Positions 12,931 through 29,100 are shown, counted from the stretch's first letter. The stretch: DNA of 64,000 nt from Octopus sinensis (GCF_006345805.1 NC_042999.1:171864001-171928000); one strand, 5' to 3'. Notes: generated by a model from the sequence alone, not told the origin. Numbers and translations are program-made.

Positions 12931-14973
12931 AGCTAATCATTTTAAAAACATATTAAGGTATCACACACTTACTCACTCTGTTGTTCTAATCAGCGAGTAG
13001 AGTTGGATTACATCATTCTTGGACATTATTTTTTATGTGTTCCTGTAAATATCTCCAGAGACCGATCTGATGTTTGATATGTAAAAATGAAGGAAATGAA
13101 TTAACATAAATTGTAAGCAGCTAGGTGTTAGAATACGTGGAAGGAGGCTGTAATATTTTAGTAAAGCTAGATATATATATAGCTGTACGTATTAAACTTT
13201 GTGTGGCGATTGCCACATGCCTAGAAACTGACTACGTTTTAATAATAAAAATTGCCTCGATATATCAATTTCCAGGAAGATGTTTATTCACCATTGAAGC
13301 AGTATCATGATGCTGTAGATTTATAAATAAAACACTATCGATGTGAAGCCTAGTAGGAGAAAGGCTGAAAAATTACCCAACGAATACAAGATTTTATGAA
13401 ATACAAGAATACAACGAATACAAGAATACAACGAATACAAGATTTTATTAATTACCCAGGTTTGTTGTGCAGCATTTCCACTATTGTAAATCTTGTTTTT
13501 GTTTTTCTTCTTTGTGGTGTAATCATGTTTCGAGGCATAAGCATCATGCATTCACTCTGATGTTTAAGAAGTTGGGGAACACCCAGAGAAGGCTACAGGA
13601 TTTTTACGGAGTTAACGCTTCTAACAACAGATATGTGCATAGATAGATGAAGACGTTTAAAGAGCTGGAGTACACGTATAGTTGTAAGTATGTAAGTATC
13701 TCATTTAAATCGTTTTTTAATCTATACAACTACTAAACAGACATACTATGCACAATATACTATTTGAGGCGTTAAAATGCTAATAAACCGACCGAGCGCA
13801 ACATTTTTACTAATATTTCATTTTATTATTTTGAATGGGTGAAAATCGTAGAGTACCCCAAAGGTATTAAATCAAGGAAAGCATCGTTTCGAAATATAAT
13901 ATGTAACCTAGATATTTGACATTATTGTTTTTCATATTTCACTTCTTTTTGTACTTGAAAATATTTCATATACTTGAATGCTTCTCTTCAAGTACACAAT
14001 CACGAACTAAGAATTGTACGTAAATTACAAATATATTGTTTTCAAATTATTTTTTAACTCTTCATTGCTTCAGTCCTCTCTGATAATCGCATTGATATAG
14101 TCACTATATCATAAATGGGAGACCATACCGTAGCTGTATATCTTCCCACAACGCAGCGTGTGTTTTCGAAGATACGATTCCCACAAAATTGTTGTCTGTG
14201 TATTAGATATTGATCACTTAAACAATTTAACTTTCCTATAGAACTGTGGCGTTATTTGTTTTTCTACCGAAAATTCAATAATATATGAATAATACATGCT
14301 TTTCCTCGCACCAGATCAATTATCAAATACTCACTCAAAATGAAAAGCTTTGATTTTATTCAACTCTATGTAGATAGCTGTGAATATTATGGAAATTTAC
14401 CATTGAAATGGAGACGTATGCTTTAAAGATGTGTGAGAAAATGGGAGAGGGGCTAGAAATATTACATAACGAAGAAGCGTATATTTATACAATAGAAAGG
14501 CGTGAAAAAACAGAAAATTCATCTAAACTATGCTACAGCTAATATTAGCGCTTCCTCTGATGTCAAAGATTATTTCAGCGTCCACACCTGCATCAAATCA
14601 AATTTATTACATATATGGTCAGTTTTATTGTGTTGGCATCGCAATCTTACAGACGGAGCGATGAAGCAAGGCGTGTTAGCATATGCAAAGACGAAGTTAA
14701 TTCGAATCTTACTTTAAATCCATCAATAGAGTACTTCATGTAGACTGTGCGATTGGCTTTCGCACAATATCAAGTAAAATTCGGTACACTGATTTCCATG
14801 AGGCATAAAAAATGTTTCTTGCTTTATTCATGCTGCATTAGAATTTGAAGAAATTATGCCAGGATAAACTATTATCCTGAAGTCAATACATTACTTTTCA
14901 TGATAACAGGTATTCAACAAAGTAGGTTCAACAGAAATTGATATTCAATTATACGACTAATAATCAGCGAAAT

Positions 14974-15099
14974 TCTTCTTCTTCTTCTTCTTCTTCTTCT
15001 TCTTCTTCTTCTTCTTCTTCTTCTTCTTCTTCTTCTTCTTCTTCTTCTTCTTCTTCTTCTTCTTCTTCTTCTTCTTCTACTACTGCTATTACTACTAAA

Positions 15100-15139
<40 letters not shown>
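14974..15139. repeat. Compound (TCT)n/(ACT)n microsatellite
   Basis: Direct reading. Confidence 0.98.
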
Positions 15140-15331
15140 ATTCGAAAGACACTGCTCTAAAACGACCAGGTTTCATTACAAAATGAAAACAGTCTCACAC
15201 TTTAAATTTCAATCGAAATTACAAAGCGTTGCATTACGAGAGTGATGTGTGAATAATGAAAGTAATGTTTCTCCGAATTGGTCACATTTGTACTATAATT
15301 AAGAATGCTTTTTAACACCTATCTTTATATA

Positions 15332-15772
15332 TATTGGGTCATCCCATAAATAATGCGGGTTTTTTTTCAATTAACAAAGGAGCATACTCGGCATATTTTG
15401 CTTTATGAGTTCAATAAAGACATCAACACAATGGAAAGTGCGAGGAACATTAATGCAGTATATGGGGATCGGACAATAAGCGTAAGCAAGTCTCGGCTGT
15501 TGTTCCAGAAATTCAGAATCAGAAACTACAGCCTAGAAGACGAGCCTCGCCCTGGAAGATCAGAAGAGCTCGATGAGGACGTCCTGCAAACCATGATGGA
15601 ACCAGATCGTATCAAAACTGTCGTTCAAGTCAGCGGTAGAAGAAAAACGACTATCTTTGCTTTCAGGACGAATTGTGTTCTTCCATCAGGATAAAGCTCG
15701 GCCACATAAAGCGAAGAGCACATACCAAAGGCTGGAGCAGCTTGAATGGAAACGATTCATCCATCACCACAA
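15332..15772 (+). mobile_element. Internally deleted mariner-family transposon remnant
   Basis: TA-flanked TIR-like start tattgggtcatcccataaataatg; KEHTRHILLYEF...ARNINAVYG...FQKFR..SLEDEPRPGR (HTH) joined to IVFFHQDKARPH (HDNARPH-like catalytic motif). Confidence 0.85.
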
Positions 15773-16085
15773 TACTTTCAAAACGCTACAAACTTCCAAT
15801 GTTTCACTTTTAGCTGTCTGGAAAGCAGGGAAGTTTCTTCTGATATACTGTCGTTTATCTGTAATTTCTAACATGTCGGATTTTCTGGCGATGGCCTGGT
15901 ACTATTAGGTCTTCTATTTCAGTACAATTCTAGGCATGTGTGAAACATCAGACAAAAGTAAAACATTGGGAGGTCTTAGCTCTTTGAAAGCTGGTAGGTA
16001 ATGAGTCGGTGAGGTAGAGGATGGGGTATTGAGTGTTTTGTGAAAAAAAATTAAACACACTTTACATAGTTTTAATATAATGTTT

Positions 16086-16126
16086 AATATATTGACCAGT
16101 TTCGCTTTCGCTACTCATGATATTAT
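16086..16126 (-). ncRNA. Degenerate minimal hammerhead ribozyme relic
   Basis: Minus strand taatat-catgagta-gc gaaa gc-gaaac tg gtc-aatatta: stem II, GAAAC..GUC and stem I are recognisable, the CUGANGA core is mutated. Confidence 0.4.
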
Positions 16127-16619
16127 AGTTTACTTATTTGAATATGTATTTTCTTAAGAAAAAATTTGGTCCATGTTTTGCCTGATGATATTTACGAATG
16201 AATGACTTCGCAAGTACATAAATAAAGGGAGGTAATTGGTTATCGTTATTATTGTTATTGTTGTGGGAAAAGGAGATAACTGTTGAGCTTTCGGTAAGGG
16301 GAGGGGAATATATATGTACAGACAAAAAAAAAAAGATTTTGAAAACTTGTTTAGTGTGGGAATTTACGTACATACATATATATATGTATGTATATTAATG
16401 GTCGATCATTTTGAACCGTTAAAACTTCCACATTTTTTTCTCTTTCAGTTCTTTTCCTCCATTCTCTCCCCGCTTTTTCCTCTTAAATCTTTCTGTCGAA
16501 AAGTGTAGGCTTGAATAGTCAACGACATTTCCATTCTTCCTGAGCCTTAATCTAATAATGTGCTTATTGTTCGTTCACATGTCATCATTTTTTGTTATCT
16601 GTAGATTTAAACAATGTCT

Positions 16620-16721
16620 GTATATATATGTATGTATGTATGGTATGTATGTATGTATGTATGTATGTATGTATGTATGTATGTATGTATGTATGTATGT
16701 ATGTATGTATGTATGTATGTA

Positions 16722-16762
<41 letters not shown>
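16620..16762. repeat. (TATG)n + (TA)n microsatellite
   Basis: Direct reading. Confidence 0.97.
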
Positions 16763-16764
<2 letters not shown>

Positions 16765-18694
16765 GACGTCGGGCATTTTGATATCAGGAATTAAAAGGGT
16801 GTGACCACATACTGCAATAACTGCATTTTGCATGATGGTTATAACAATACCAAAACAACTGACCTGATTATTGACAAAAATCATTACTCATCACTCGGAA
16901 AATATCCATTAACACCAATGAAATTATAATGAAGAAAATTCACGAAAATGGTGATAAATATAGGAATAAGAAACACAATAGCCTATTTTCTGAATGATAT
17001 TGCTCCTCATATTTTATGTATTAGTAATTTCAGCACTAATTCCTAACTGTTCGTTATATGTAAACATAGAACCGAAGCGGAAATCAAATTTTCATCATGC
17101 AGATTTAGCCAAATTGAACAAGTTTATCGTAGAAATGAATACCACTTCATTGGACTCAAGTGTGAATGGGAGGAATATCTAAAAGTACATTAATCTATTT
17201 AATGTATTTCGCATCAGAAAATAAAATTAGGATATCAGTTTGGTGAGGGAAAATCGACATTATCTCAGTGGCAATTCGCTAGGTTTGTGATACAACACCG
17301 TCCTCATTTCCAGCTTTATAAGATCTCTTCAGAAAGGCATACGTCTCAACATACATATCATTAATAGCGATGAATCAATCGCTAAGTACGTAAGTATAAC
17401 TATAAGTGAGTATAACTATAAGTTATACGAGTCGATGTCAAATTTAATCATGTTAAAAAAAGTTACGCTGGATATTTACCTAAAGTTTGAATCTTTACTT
17501 TGAAGTGTGACAAATAGGAAATATAGATCATACAAGTTGCTGCTACAACAGGGATTAATCAAAGATACTCAATGAGATTAATAAAAATTTATACATATGC
17601 CGAACATAAATTCCAAATTGTTGCAAATGTAGCAGGAATTGCACAAGTCGAATCGAGATAAAAACTTCGCCACAAATGCATATTTTGCAGCGGCAATCAG
17701 AATAAAAAATATTTAAAAAGAACGACAAAGAGGACAACTACAATATGAGCATAAAATATCTGAGGAAAACTAACCAAGAGCTTAGCTAATTTAAGACGAT
17801 TGATACGCAAACCCAAATGATATTACACATTAAATCAAAACATTAAATCAAACTGCAGGGAAAATACTAAAGAAACGCTAAAACTATAAATAACAAAACT
17901 AAAAACATTGAACATAAAAAAATTGTGATCATAAATCACGAAGATACACACATAGTGTAAGCAGCAGCTAAAGTAAATAGCAAATCACCATGAAGCCAAA
18001 TACCAACATGACTACAATGTATCATCAATGAAAATATGAACACAATTGAATCAGAAAAAAGATCTGAGAGAAGTAATAACTAAAGTTGCAACTGTTCAAT
18101 ATACCAATTATCGAAAGGTGGAAATTGTAAAAATATTAAAATCGTCAGAAGTTTTATTCCTATGAGATACATAACATAAACATTTAGAAAACACATACGA
18201 ACATCACTACGATAAAATGACTAATCTCTGCACAAATCGGAGTAGATTCGATAACGCCTGTATGAGTAAGTGGTTACAAAAGTTTTTTCGCAATGCTATA
18301 TATCCACGTTCGATATCACTCTAATACATATTTACATGCTGGTTAAAAGTTTGGGCATTAGGTCAGCATTTTAGGAGAGATAAATCGACTAAATCGACCC
18401 CAGTAACCAACTCGTACTTATTTTGTTACACCCGAAGGATAAATGTCAACGTTGACCTCAGTTGAATTATGACATTAATATATTAATAATTAAACAAATC
18501 GTATTCAACTGTCACTTCCAATTAACGAACAACATGTTATTAGAAGCGATACATGTAAACAGTACTGAATTTTATCGCATATATATATATATATATATAT
18601 TAAAGGGAGGGATGTAATATCCAGTCAGATAACGAATTTCTTTATTTAAAATGCAAGGCAGTTCCATTCTGATGGTTCATTTCCAGGTAAATTT

Positions 18695-18735
<41 letters not shown>

Positions 18736-20519
18736 TTATGCGTGCATATAAACACATACATGCTTTCAGTCGCACTCACACTTACACTCATATATATGTG
18801 TGGGTTTTTGCGTGTGTATATGTGCGTGCGTTGACAGTTGATAGCTTCATCAACTGAAAGCACCTAATTGATTTGTAAGTAATGGAACATTATATATTTG
18901 AAATTGCTTCGGATATTACTTAAAACTTTCACTTTCAAATTACTTTGAAATCTGCATCGAGTTCTCTCCATGACTGGAATGAACAAATATCTTCCAACTT
19001 TTACACAATGCAGGCTAAATAGCTTCGTTTGTAACTTGGTACTCTGATGTCAAATCTACCAAATCACTGTATCTAAAGTCATACATATGTGCATAGTAGT
19101 GTGGATGTGCCCTGTATATGTATGTTTGTGTGTATCTTCATTGATACATGTAAGCAAAATCGTACAGTACGATAAATCGGGGCTTTCTGACCTATGTATC
19201 GTTTTTTGACATCCTTTCAATGCCGTATTACAGACATCATCACCCTTCGTCGACTTCATTCGCAGAAATGGTAAGCAATTGATTGGATTGGCGGAAAACT
19301 TAACCAATGACTGTATTGTGCTTCACTTACACTACCAAATAAATAAAAGGGAGTTTGTCAGCATACTGTGTTATACTCTGGAGACAAGTTAGAAAGAAGT
19401 GAGCAGCTGAAACCTTTAATGTTTCAGGAATGAACATTTTGTGACAGTGTTTTCTTATGTTTCTAATTTCCTAGTACCTGGGCGATATGATAGTAATAAT
19501 TTGTATTTTTCCCAACTTGGTGGCTGCATCCTACTTCTGCATAATCTAACCTGCCAACTTCCCAGTTCCAAAATCTCGTTTTACTAGAACTGTGAGAAGA
19601 AGCATTAGTTCGTTACGTAACATTCGTCCTCTCTTCCTGAACGAACTTATCCAACCTTCACAATTTCTCAGTTTAATTTATACCAACCGCGACCACCACC
19701 AATTTATTCGCCTTCTGAAATTTCATAAAGCCAATGTGAACATGGAAAAACCGGCATATGTATATAGATATAATTTTGGAGGATGTATGTGTGCGAATAT
19801 GTGTGTGTACAATGAAAGCATATATGCATGTGCGTTTATGAATAAAATGCAGCATAGAAGAAATGGTATCTCTTAATGACCAGAAAAGAAAACATAAATT
19901 AAGCGGAAAGGAATTAGAATAAATACAAAATAATAACACAATGAAATATCTGAAATGAAAGATTACCCAAGGCAACATATTCTCACAAAATTGCATCGAA
20001 ACCCTAGTTGTGCAAGAAAATGTTTAGACGAAAAACGTTAACCTTCAGTTCTAAAACGATTTCACAAAGAACTCGGTAAAAATAATACCGAATCCAAAGC
20101 AGTGCTAAAAATAAATGAAGTAAAGTATATTTTGCACAGTAGATGGCGAACCGTCCATGGAACACAACGATTGAGTATGTCAAAGGATAATATCTACCAC
20201 TAAATAACAAACATTTATAGATAGCAAGACGCTTAGATATTAGGAAATGTTGCCAAATTTGTATGACAAAAGTTTGAGAATTTCTCCTAACTGATATAAC
20301 GAAGTGAATTGAAAGATATTAAAGATTTTGAAAAGCTACTCGATACATTTGAATAGATTATTTTCGTAAATAAATCCCAGCTGCACAAAAATATTATCCC
20401 ATGAAATGCAACATAGAAAGTGTTAACGGCAATAATTATATTAATGGATATATAGACTTTCTGAAAGAAGTAGCATGATAAATGGTGTAGAATCTCATAT
20501 GAACGTGCTTATTGATAGA

Positions 20520-21343
<824 letters not shown>

Positions 21344-21397
21344 GCATCATCATGCGTACATTCGGTCTTCAGAACCAAATAAATCACGATGTGTTGT

Positions 21398-21577
<180 letters not shown>

Positions 21578-22679
21578 CTGATATTCTGTTGCTATGCTTT
21601 ACAGACAAAATTTCGGTGTATACATTATAACTATTCCCGATCGTGTTTCTGTTTATTAGATTTTACGTGTTATTTGCAGAAAACTTAGAATCATATAGCG
21701 AAATTGTGCTGAATGGATTTTGGGGCTTAAGTATAATATCGAACATTATTTTTAATGAGATTAAATTAAGTGATGTTAATTTTTCTGTATTTATTATTGC
21801 TGTGAATGAGAACCTTTGCTAATTTAAATTTCCTGGCTGAAATTTACATAATTTTGGCGCAAGGGATCGACGAATGACAATCTATATCTTTTAATTGTGA
21901 CTAAATAAAATGTTAAATATCAATCCTTCATCAGCAGTATAGTCTCGAAGTTAATGTGAATCATGCATTTTCTGTGTATGTAATTGTGTGTGACTCTGTG
22001 TGTGTGTATTTGGCTGGATGTGCGTGTATATGTGTTTATGTTTGTGTATGGGTGTGTATATGTGTGTGCGTGTGTGTGTCCTTGTAAAAGTGTTGTGTCA
22101 GAAAAATGGTTGGGACAGATAGCAAGAGCTATATTGAGGTTTCTGACGACAGCGTTACACTACGACTCATGGCTCAAAAATGTTAATCAAATGCTGCTAT
22201 TTTTTTTGCCGTCAGTATGACTACCATTGTTTAAAATCGTGCACGAGTGGGGTTTCTGCGAACTAGTCACCAGGTACAAAATATTCAAATAGCTAATTTC
22301 GCGGTTTGACAAAAATATAACCACCTTTAAAAATTAAAAACGTCTTCATATAATAGACATTTTTCGATCTGTCATCATTCTCGTAGTGAAATGTTTTGAC
22401 GATTTCAGTAGAGATCGTGAAGTTATACGCTGAAATAAATTCGAAATCAATACTATAATGAACCCTGATATCATTCTGAAGCACACTGGATTAATACCAC
22501 CCATGGGAGAAGTTATTAGTGCATAACAAAACTTGTGCAAAATATTAACGTCTTCGCTGTGTTTTGAAAATTTTGTAAGTATTTAGAGGTATGGAGCAAC
22601 AATTAATAGACAATGTTCTAAATATATCTTGGAAACACATTTATTTTCTACAATGAAGAGAATCTCAACAGCAAAACTT

Positions 22680-25338
22680 TCAATGGGAAATCAGAAACAG
22701 AACTGATGAACTTGATAATCTATTATCAACAATTACATGGGAGACTTCAATCTGCCCAATGTCAGATGGCCGAGGGCCTTTCTCTCCAGGAATGACAAGA
22801 TGTGAACGAGGACAGGCGAGGTCCCTCCTGAACCTCATCAACACCCTGTACATGGAGCAGTAATACTCCAACCAACCAGGGCAGGTAACACACTGGATCT
22901 CTGCTTCACAAATGACATGGATCTCATCCATAATGTGAAAGTGACACCGACACTACTCTCGGATCACAACATGATAGAGCTGACCAGGTACGGGCCCAAA
23001 AGAGAGCAGGACATGCAGCCTACAAGAAACCCTCAAAATCTTTCCAGCTTGAACTACCATAAGGCAAACTGGAAACAAATTGAGAAAGAGATCCTCAAAC
23101 AAAACTGCCTAAAGTCTCTCCTCGCCAGACATCGACGTGAAACTTCAACAAATCATGTCTGTAATGCAAGCCATATGCTACAAATGTGTCCCAGAGAGAA
23201 AGGCCACTGTACACAAGAACAAAATCCCCAGAGAGAGGAAAATTTTAATGAGACGGCGTACGAATTTTCAAATCGCCTAAACAAACAGATTGAAAGCAGG
23301 AAAAGTCCCGCCTAAAATAAAACTGTTGGAAATCGAAAAATGTCTGCAACTCTCCCATGAAAAAGAAAAGAGCAGACAAAGAAGCCTGGGCTATAGAAAA
23401 CATAAAATTAACCCAGAGCTTTCTACAGGTATGCCAAAGAAACAGCTACAGTGCACTGTAGAATAGGGCCACTCCTCGAAAAGGATGGCACACTTACAGG
23501 AAAACCAATGAGGGTAAGTGAAATACTGAATGAGCAATTCAAGAGTGTTTTCACTCCACCCCTTGGGCTCTCCACAAATCACCAATCCAACTGACTTTTT
23601 TACCACTGCAGATATAAAATCAGAGGCGGCGACGATAGATTACATCGATATAAAGGAAGACGATGTAACCAAGGCTATAGATGAAATGAAAACAGACTCA
23701 GCTACTGGCCCCGATGGATTCCCGGCAATCCTCCTAAAAGCATGTAGAGAGTCCTAGCAAGACCACTGCAGTTCCTCTTTCAGAGCTTCCTTGCAGCTGG
23801 CAACTTCAGGAAAACTGAAGGAAGGTTAAAATATGCCCCATCATAAAGGAGGTAGCAGAGCGGAAGCCAAGAACTATAGACCTATCTCTCTAACCTTACA
23901 CATCAGCAAGGTCATGGAACGAATAGTCAGAAGGAAGCTGATCACCTTCCTTGAGAGAATGACTTGCTGCCGAACCAACATGGTTTCCGACCAGGGAGAA
24001 GCTGTTTAACTCAGTCCTACAACACTATGACTGGGTGCTGAAACGGCTGCTCAACCACTCAAATGTGGAAGTGATATATCTCGACTTTGCAAAGGCCTTT
24101 GATAAAGTCGATCATGGAATGATATGTCACAAACTGCGTGATCTCAACATAGTTGGAAAACTGGGAGAATGGCTTCATGACTTTCTGAAGGATAGAAGTC
24201 AGGTGGTAGTAGCCAATGGGGCCACCTCCATTAACACACAAATAGTGAGCGGTGTTTCCGAGGGCACTGTTCTGGGACCACTACTGTTCATAATGGCCCT
24301 CTCAGATGCCCTCAGCCACGCAGAGAGCACGATCACAAGTTATGCAGAGATGATACAAAAGTTTCACAGGCAATACAGAACCCTGAGGACACTAAACACC
24401 TGCAATGTGAGCTGGACGAAATATACAAGTGGGCTGAAAAGAATAGCATGCAGTTCAATGCTGGAAAGTTTCAAGCTTTATACTATCAGCATGCAAAACT
24501 GAATGCAATACCCAATGAATACATTGGACCCGAGGGATTGCAATCCAGAGGCACAATCAGTGCGTGACCTGGGTATTCACATGAGTGATGACGCGACATT
24601 TCATGTACATGTTGCTAAACTGACAATGAAATGTAGACGGCTGGCTGGATGGATTCTTAGAACCTTTAGAACAAGAGAACAAGAAACCATGATGGTCGTC
24701 TGGAAGACACTTGTCCTAAGCCACTTGACTATTGCTCTCAGCTATGGTCACCATCCAGTGTCAAGTTGATCACAGACCTTGAGGCGATCCAACGAAGCTA
24801 CACAAAGAAGATAGCCTCTATGCAGAATGTAAGCTACTGGGAAAAGACTCAAGAGATTAAAATTATATTCCCTGGAGCGTAGGCGGGAAAGATATGCCAT
24901 AATATACATCTGGAAGATCCTGGAGGGAAGGTTCCTGAACTTTGGCATCGAGAGTTTACGCAAAATGCCAGAACTGGGCGCCACTGCGTGGTGCCTAGGA
25001 CTCCAACCTGCCATCAAGATGTAGGACAAGATTCTGTGATAGCCTGGGCTTCCGAGGCCCACAGCTCTTCAATATCCTCCCGAAGAACCTGAGAGACCTG
25101 CATGGGGTGGATACAGATGTCTTTAAAATGAAGCTGGATCTCTTCCTGTCAGGTGTCCCAGATGAACCAACTTCACGGCAGGAGGGGCAGATGAGGGCAG
25201 CTGCATCGAACTCTCTCATGCACCAAATAACAGTTGCTAGAAAGCCTCCATGAAGTGAAACCAAGTAGCAACACCAAATGGCGGTGCCCCAGCATGGCCA
25301 CAGCTCATAAGCTGAAACTAGAATCAATCAATCAATCA
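22680..25338 (+). mobile_element. 5'-truncated LINE ORF2 (APE endonuclease + reverse transcriptase), frameshifted; CR1/L2-group-like
   Basis: MGDFNLP, LSDHNMI (APE); ATGPDGFP, NYRPISL, QHGFRPGRS, YLDFAKAFDKVDH, SGVSEGTVLGPLLF, RDLG (RT); C-terminal FKMKLDLFLSGVPDEP; 3' tail with (aatc)n. Confidence 0.95.
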
Positions 25339-27628
25339 AAAATTACTATTTTAATTAGGCAACCTTAACTATAGCTCTGATTCTATTCCATGTGTTGTAT
25401 AATGGGATGAAAATATTCTATATCTCCATAAAATAATCCTGTTAGCCGGAAATTTTAAATCATTTAGTAAATGGTGCTGGATAAAAACATTTAAAACAAT
25501 GCAGAATTGGTATATGTAATCATGAAACCTTTTGTAACGTCAAAAGTAGAATGTAGACAATCATCTTAGACGTTTCACTAAATACTTCAAATAGCTGTTT
25601 TATAAAAACCATCTTAGAAGGAGTTAACAGTTGGTTGCACACCAGTACAAGAGATAAGTATATAAGACACAACTGAAAAAAAAATTCATTCGTAGCATTG
25701 CAAAAACAAACTTTGTGTTTAAGAATAAAAGCACTCAACAGTAAACGATAAGCTTACTTTGACTTTAAAATTGTGCATTAGCTTCGAAAAATCTTTTTAA
25801 AGGCATTATCTCTAAGAACATTGTGAATTCAATAAGACTGAAAAACGCACATGCAAGAAGACGTGTACTAATATACAGCACAATGCTAAACAAATCTGCA
25901 CTCTCTCCGAAAGCAAATATAATTGGAAATATTTTGATAAACTGGCTTGGTTACAAATAGATTTTGGGTTTTGCTACCAACATGCAGTTGTAACGATTGC
26001 ACGGCAGGAAACTCCACACTACAATAGCTAATTCCATGATCTTTCAATGATGTTGCCGAATTGTTCACGGTTGGAGAAAGAAAATGATTGTAACTAAAGG
26101 TATAAGGAACATACTAAAGAGACGTTACTGTAAATCTACTTTTACGGGGGTTTTTTTACACAAAAAAACTACTTGAAATTATAACTATTAACTATCTGAA
26201 AATATGCATAGTTTACAAACTGGTTTTGTTAACTAATATACTGAATGTAATCTGGCCATGACAAATATACATACAAGAATATCAGAGTTGTGGGAACTGA
26301 TTCCTACATTAAAACTCATAATATTAATGTTTTATCTACGCTTTCTATTCTACAAAATAATTCCAAAGTTACCTAGATATCTATAACTAAAAATTCATAA
26401 TTATATTTGAACAACAGTTGAGCAAATAATGACTGATTTACACAAACCTTATATGCTGCAAACAGGAGCTTTCTTTAAAAGGCAATATTCCAAAATAAAT
26501 GTACACTGCCAGTACTGTGGTAGACGTTTGAGTGATTTACTGATCAAACTCTAAAATGTTTTATAATATCTGGAAGCTTTCACAACAAATTGTGATACAC
26601 AACATTTCTTTCGCAACATAACAGATGTTGGCGATACTTTAGGGTAGGTATAATTAGTCCTAGAGTACATTGCAATGTCATGCTGACACAATCAGTGGAA
26701 TATTAAGTGAATAGAAGTGTGCAAAGGGAAATTCGAAATTGTACGTACCATTATTGAAACATTTCAGAACCAGTCGATTTATGAAGAAAATCCATGGATA
26801 TCAACCACGGTGAAAATATGTTGCAGAAAAACTATCCCCACCTAAAATTGTTATTTTGGAATTAATAAATGCCACATAAATTTGTGTATTACTATCCACT
26901 TAAGGCGATGGTTTTAAGAAACATACCTTCATCTAATTAAATGTCAAGCATTCCCATTTCAAAGCGAAGACCGAAGGACAGAATAAGATTAAAGCAGTTT
27001 TATAGACGTATCAGGTTTTCAAATATTCCTCTCACCTTTCTTCAAACAAAAATTAGAGCAATCTTTGAAAATAAAACTAACCAAGCCTACATACGTTAAG
27101 TTCCCTAAGATGTACATCAGTGGCCAGCCCTTAAATAAAGTTGCATAATCTGAATGCCCGTGGAAAATAGCTAGATGCATATGCAATTGCTAGCTTTCTA
27201 TGCAATGGAAATGTACGCAGGACAAATATAAACCAAGTATACTATATAATTGACTATATATGTAGCTGTACGCCTTGTAATCTCTGTATTCATTGTAATT
27301 TTTTTTCAATATACACTCAGTAAAATACTTGTAATCGAGCGAAGCAGACATAGGATTTACCCATCGGATTATATTCAGTGTGATTGTGAAACTTAGTAAT
27401 CCCAGTCGCCTCGTACAACTCGATGCAGTTGACGACACCCCGGATTATAACAGAGTAAATTTTAAGTAACCGCCTGGATTATATATAATCCAATGAAAAA
27501 TAACAGACGACGGATGGCAGCTCATTACAACTGTTTCTTACACATTTTTAAAATAAAGGAATGAGAACAATTTCTTCCTTGCAATACACCATTATTATCA
27601 GATGAAACATAATTTCAAAATACAAAAA

Positions 27629-27842
27629 GGGCGGTGAGCTGGCGGACACGGTAGCACGCCGGGCGAAATGCTTAACGTTATTGCGTCTGTCTTTACGTTC
27701 TGAGATCAAATTCCGCCGCGGTCGACATTGACTTTCATCCTTTCGGGGTCTAAAAGTTAAGTGTCAGTTGCATACTGGGGTCGATGTAATCGGCCGGCCC
27801 CCTCCCCTCAAAATTTCAGGTCTTGTGCCTAGAGTAGGAATG
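27629..27842 (+). mobile_element. SINE family B, full length with ~18-bp target-site duplication
   Basis: ggcggtgagctggcgga head; flanks ataatttcaaaatacaaa (27609-27626) and ataatttcgaaatacaaa (27843-27860). Confidence 0.88.
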
Positions 27843-27899
27843 ATAATTTCGAAATACAAAGGAATATCCCAAGAATACGGCAAAGGCGTGGCTGAGATC

Positions 27900-28200
27900 T
27901 GTTGTGGCTTACCATGAGGCTAATACCTATATTTATGTTGGCTGCTCTGTAAATCTAAAGCAACACTTATGCAATCGCTATTCATCATTTGAATTAAGAC
28001 ATAGGACAGGCAGTATATCTCTAGCTACAAAGATTTGGGAACTTACAGACGACAATGTTAAAATTTTATACCGTTTGCAAACAGTAGATACTGGTGCAGA
28101 TTTTGCTGCATGGAGCTGTTTGAAACATGAAAGAGATCAAATAGTGAAAATCTAATTAATAATAATCTAGGCCTTCGTCTTTCTAGTAGACATTATGCTA
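27900..28200 (+). mobile_element. Decayed Penelope-like GIY-YIG endonuclease fragment
   Basis: YIYVGCSVNLKQHLCNRYSSF...SLATKIWELTD resembles the PLE motif YIG...FKxRxxNHxxSF...LSxxIWxLK. Confidence 0.55.
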
Positions 28201-28918
28201 CCCACACCTTTAAATATTTTAATTACATTAAACAACCACTATAATAGCTCCTAACTTACAGCCAATCAAATTTACTCCCTCTTAAAAGTCTTAAAAAGTC
28301 AATTGATCTGTTTAATCGTCTGAGTCTGTCTATTCTCGTTCTTCTTTACCGTTATTTCCTAACCACTCGTACTATATAACTCCAATAACATTACTTGCAT
28401 AGTAGGCGATATTGAAGGAACTAATCTTTCCATTTCTGGTTTGCCCATTATTATGCATAAGCGATCGCGATAGCATCTAACCTAAAAGTCGCAGCCTGCA
28501 CAGCCTAGCCAGTTTTTTTCCAATTCTATTGAATAATACATACATAGATTTATTCGTACTGCGCAAGTTAAATAATGGAAGGAACGCACTATCCGTCCCT
28601 CATATCCGCAACTATTGTTCAGAGTTGCAATACCTGGTTCACACAATGGTGATTATACTATTCAATTAAATAATATCAACGCCATCTATATAACATTCTA
28701 GCTTGATAACCAATAGACTGCATCCAACTTCTGCCTTACTTTGATATCCGATCTGGTATTTCCTCTAACTCGGAACTAGTTATAATTTATTTTATAACCC
28801 CCTCATTCTTTGAAATCTTTAATGACAAGTACTACCCTACTATTGCTACCAGGTATTTCCCGACACTTTATTTGTTAACGTTATAATTCCTTTTCAGGCA
28901 CACATGTCCTCATATAAA

Positions 28919-29100
28919 GGCGGCGAGCTGGCAGAAACATTAGCACGCCGGGCGAAATGCTTAGCGGTATCTCGTCTGCCGTTACGTTCTGAGTTCAAAT
29001 TTCCCCGGGGTCGACTTTGCCTTTCATCCTTTCGGAGTCGACTAAATAAATACCAGTTACGCACTGGGGTCGTTATATTCGACTTAATCTGTTTGTCTGC
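28919..29100 (+). mobile_element. SINE family B
   Basis: ggcggcgagctggcagaaacattagcacgccgggcg...gagttcaaatt...gtcgactttgcctttcatcctttcgg. Confidence 0.88.

Noticed and set aside
13378-13450. Short repeats of caacgaatacaag
   Set aside because: Simple slippage tandem, no spacers; not CRISPR-like
25450-27150. Possible decayed DNA transposase sequence
   Set aside because: Only vague motif resemblance; could not be assigned by eye
27360-27492. Imperfect ~130-bp palindrome
   Set aside because: Pairing is patchy; may be an old MITE but cannot be supported further
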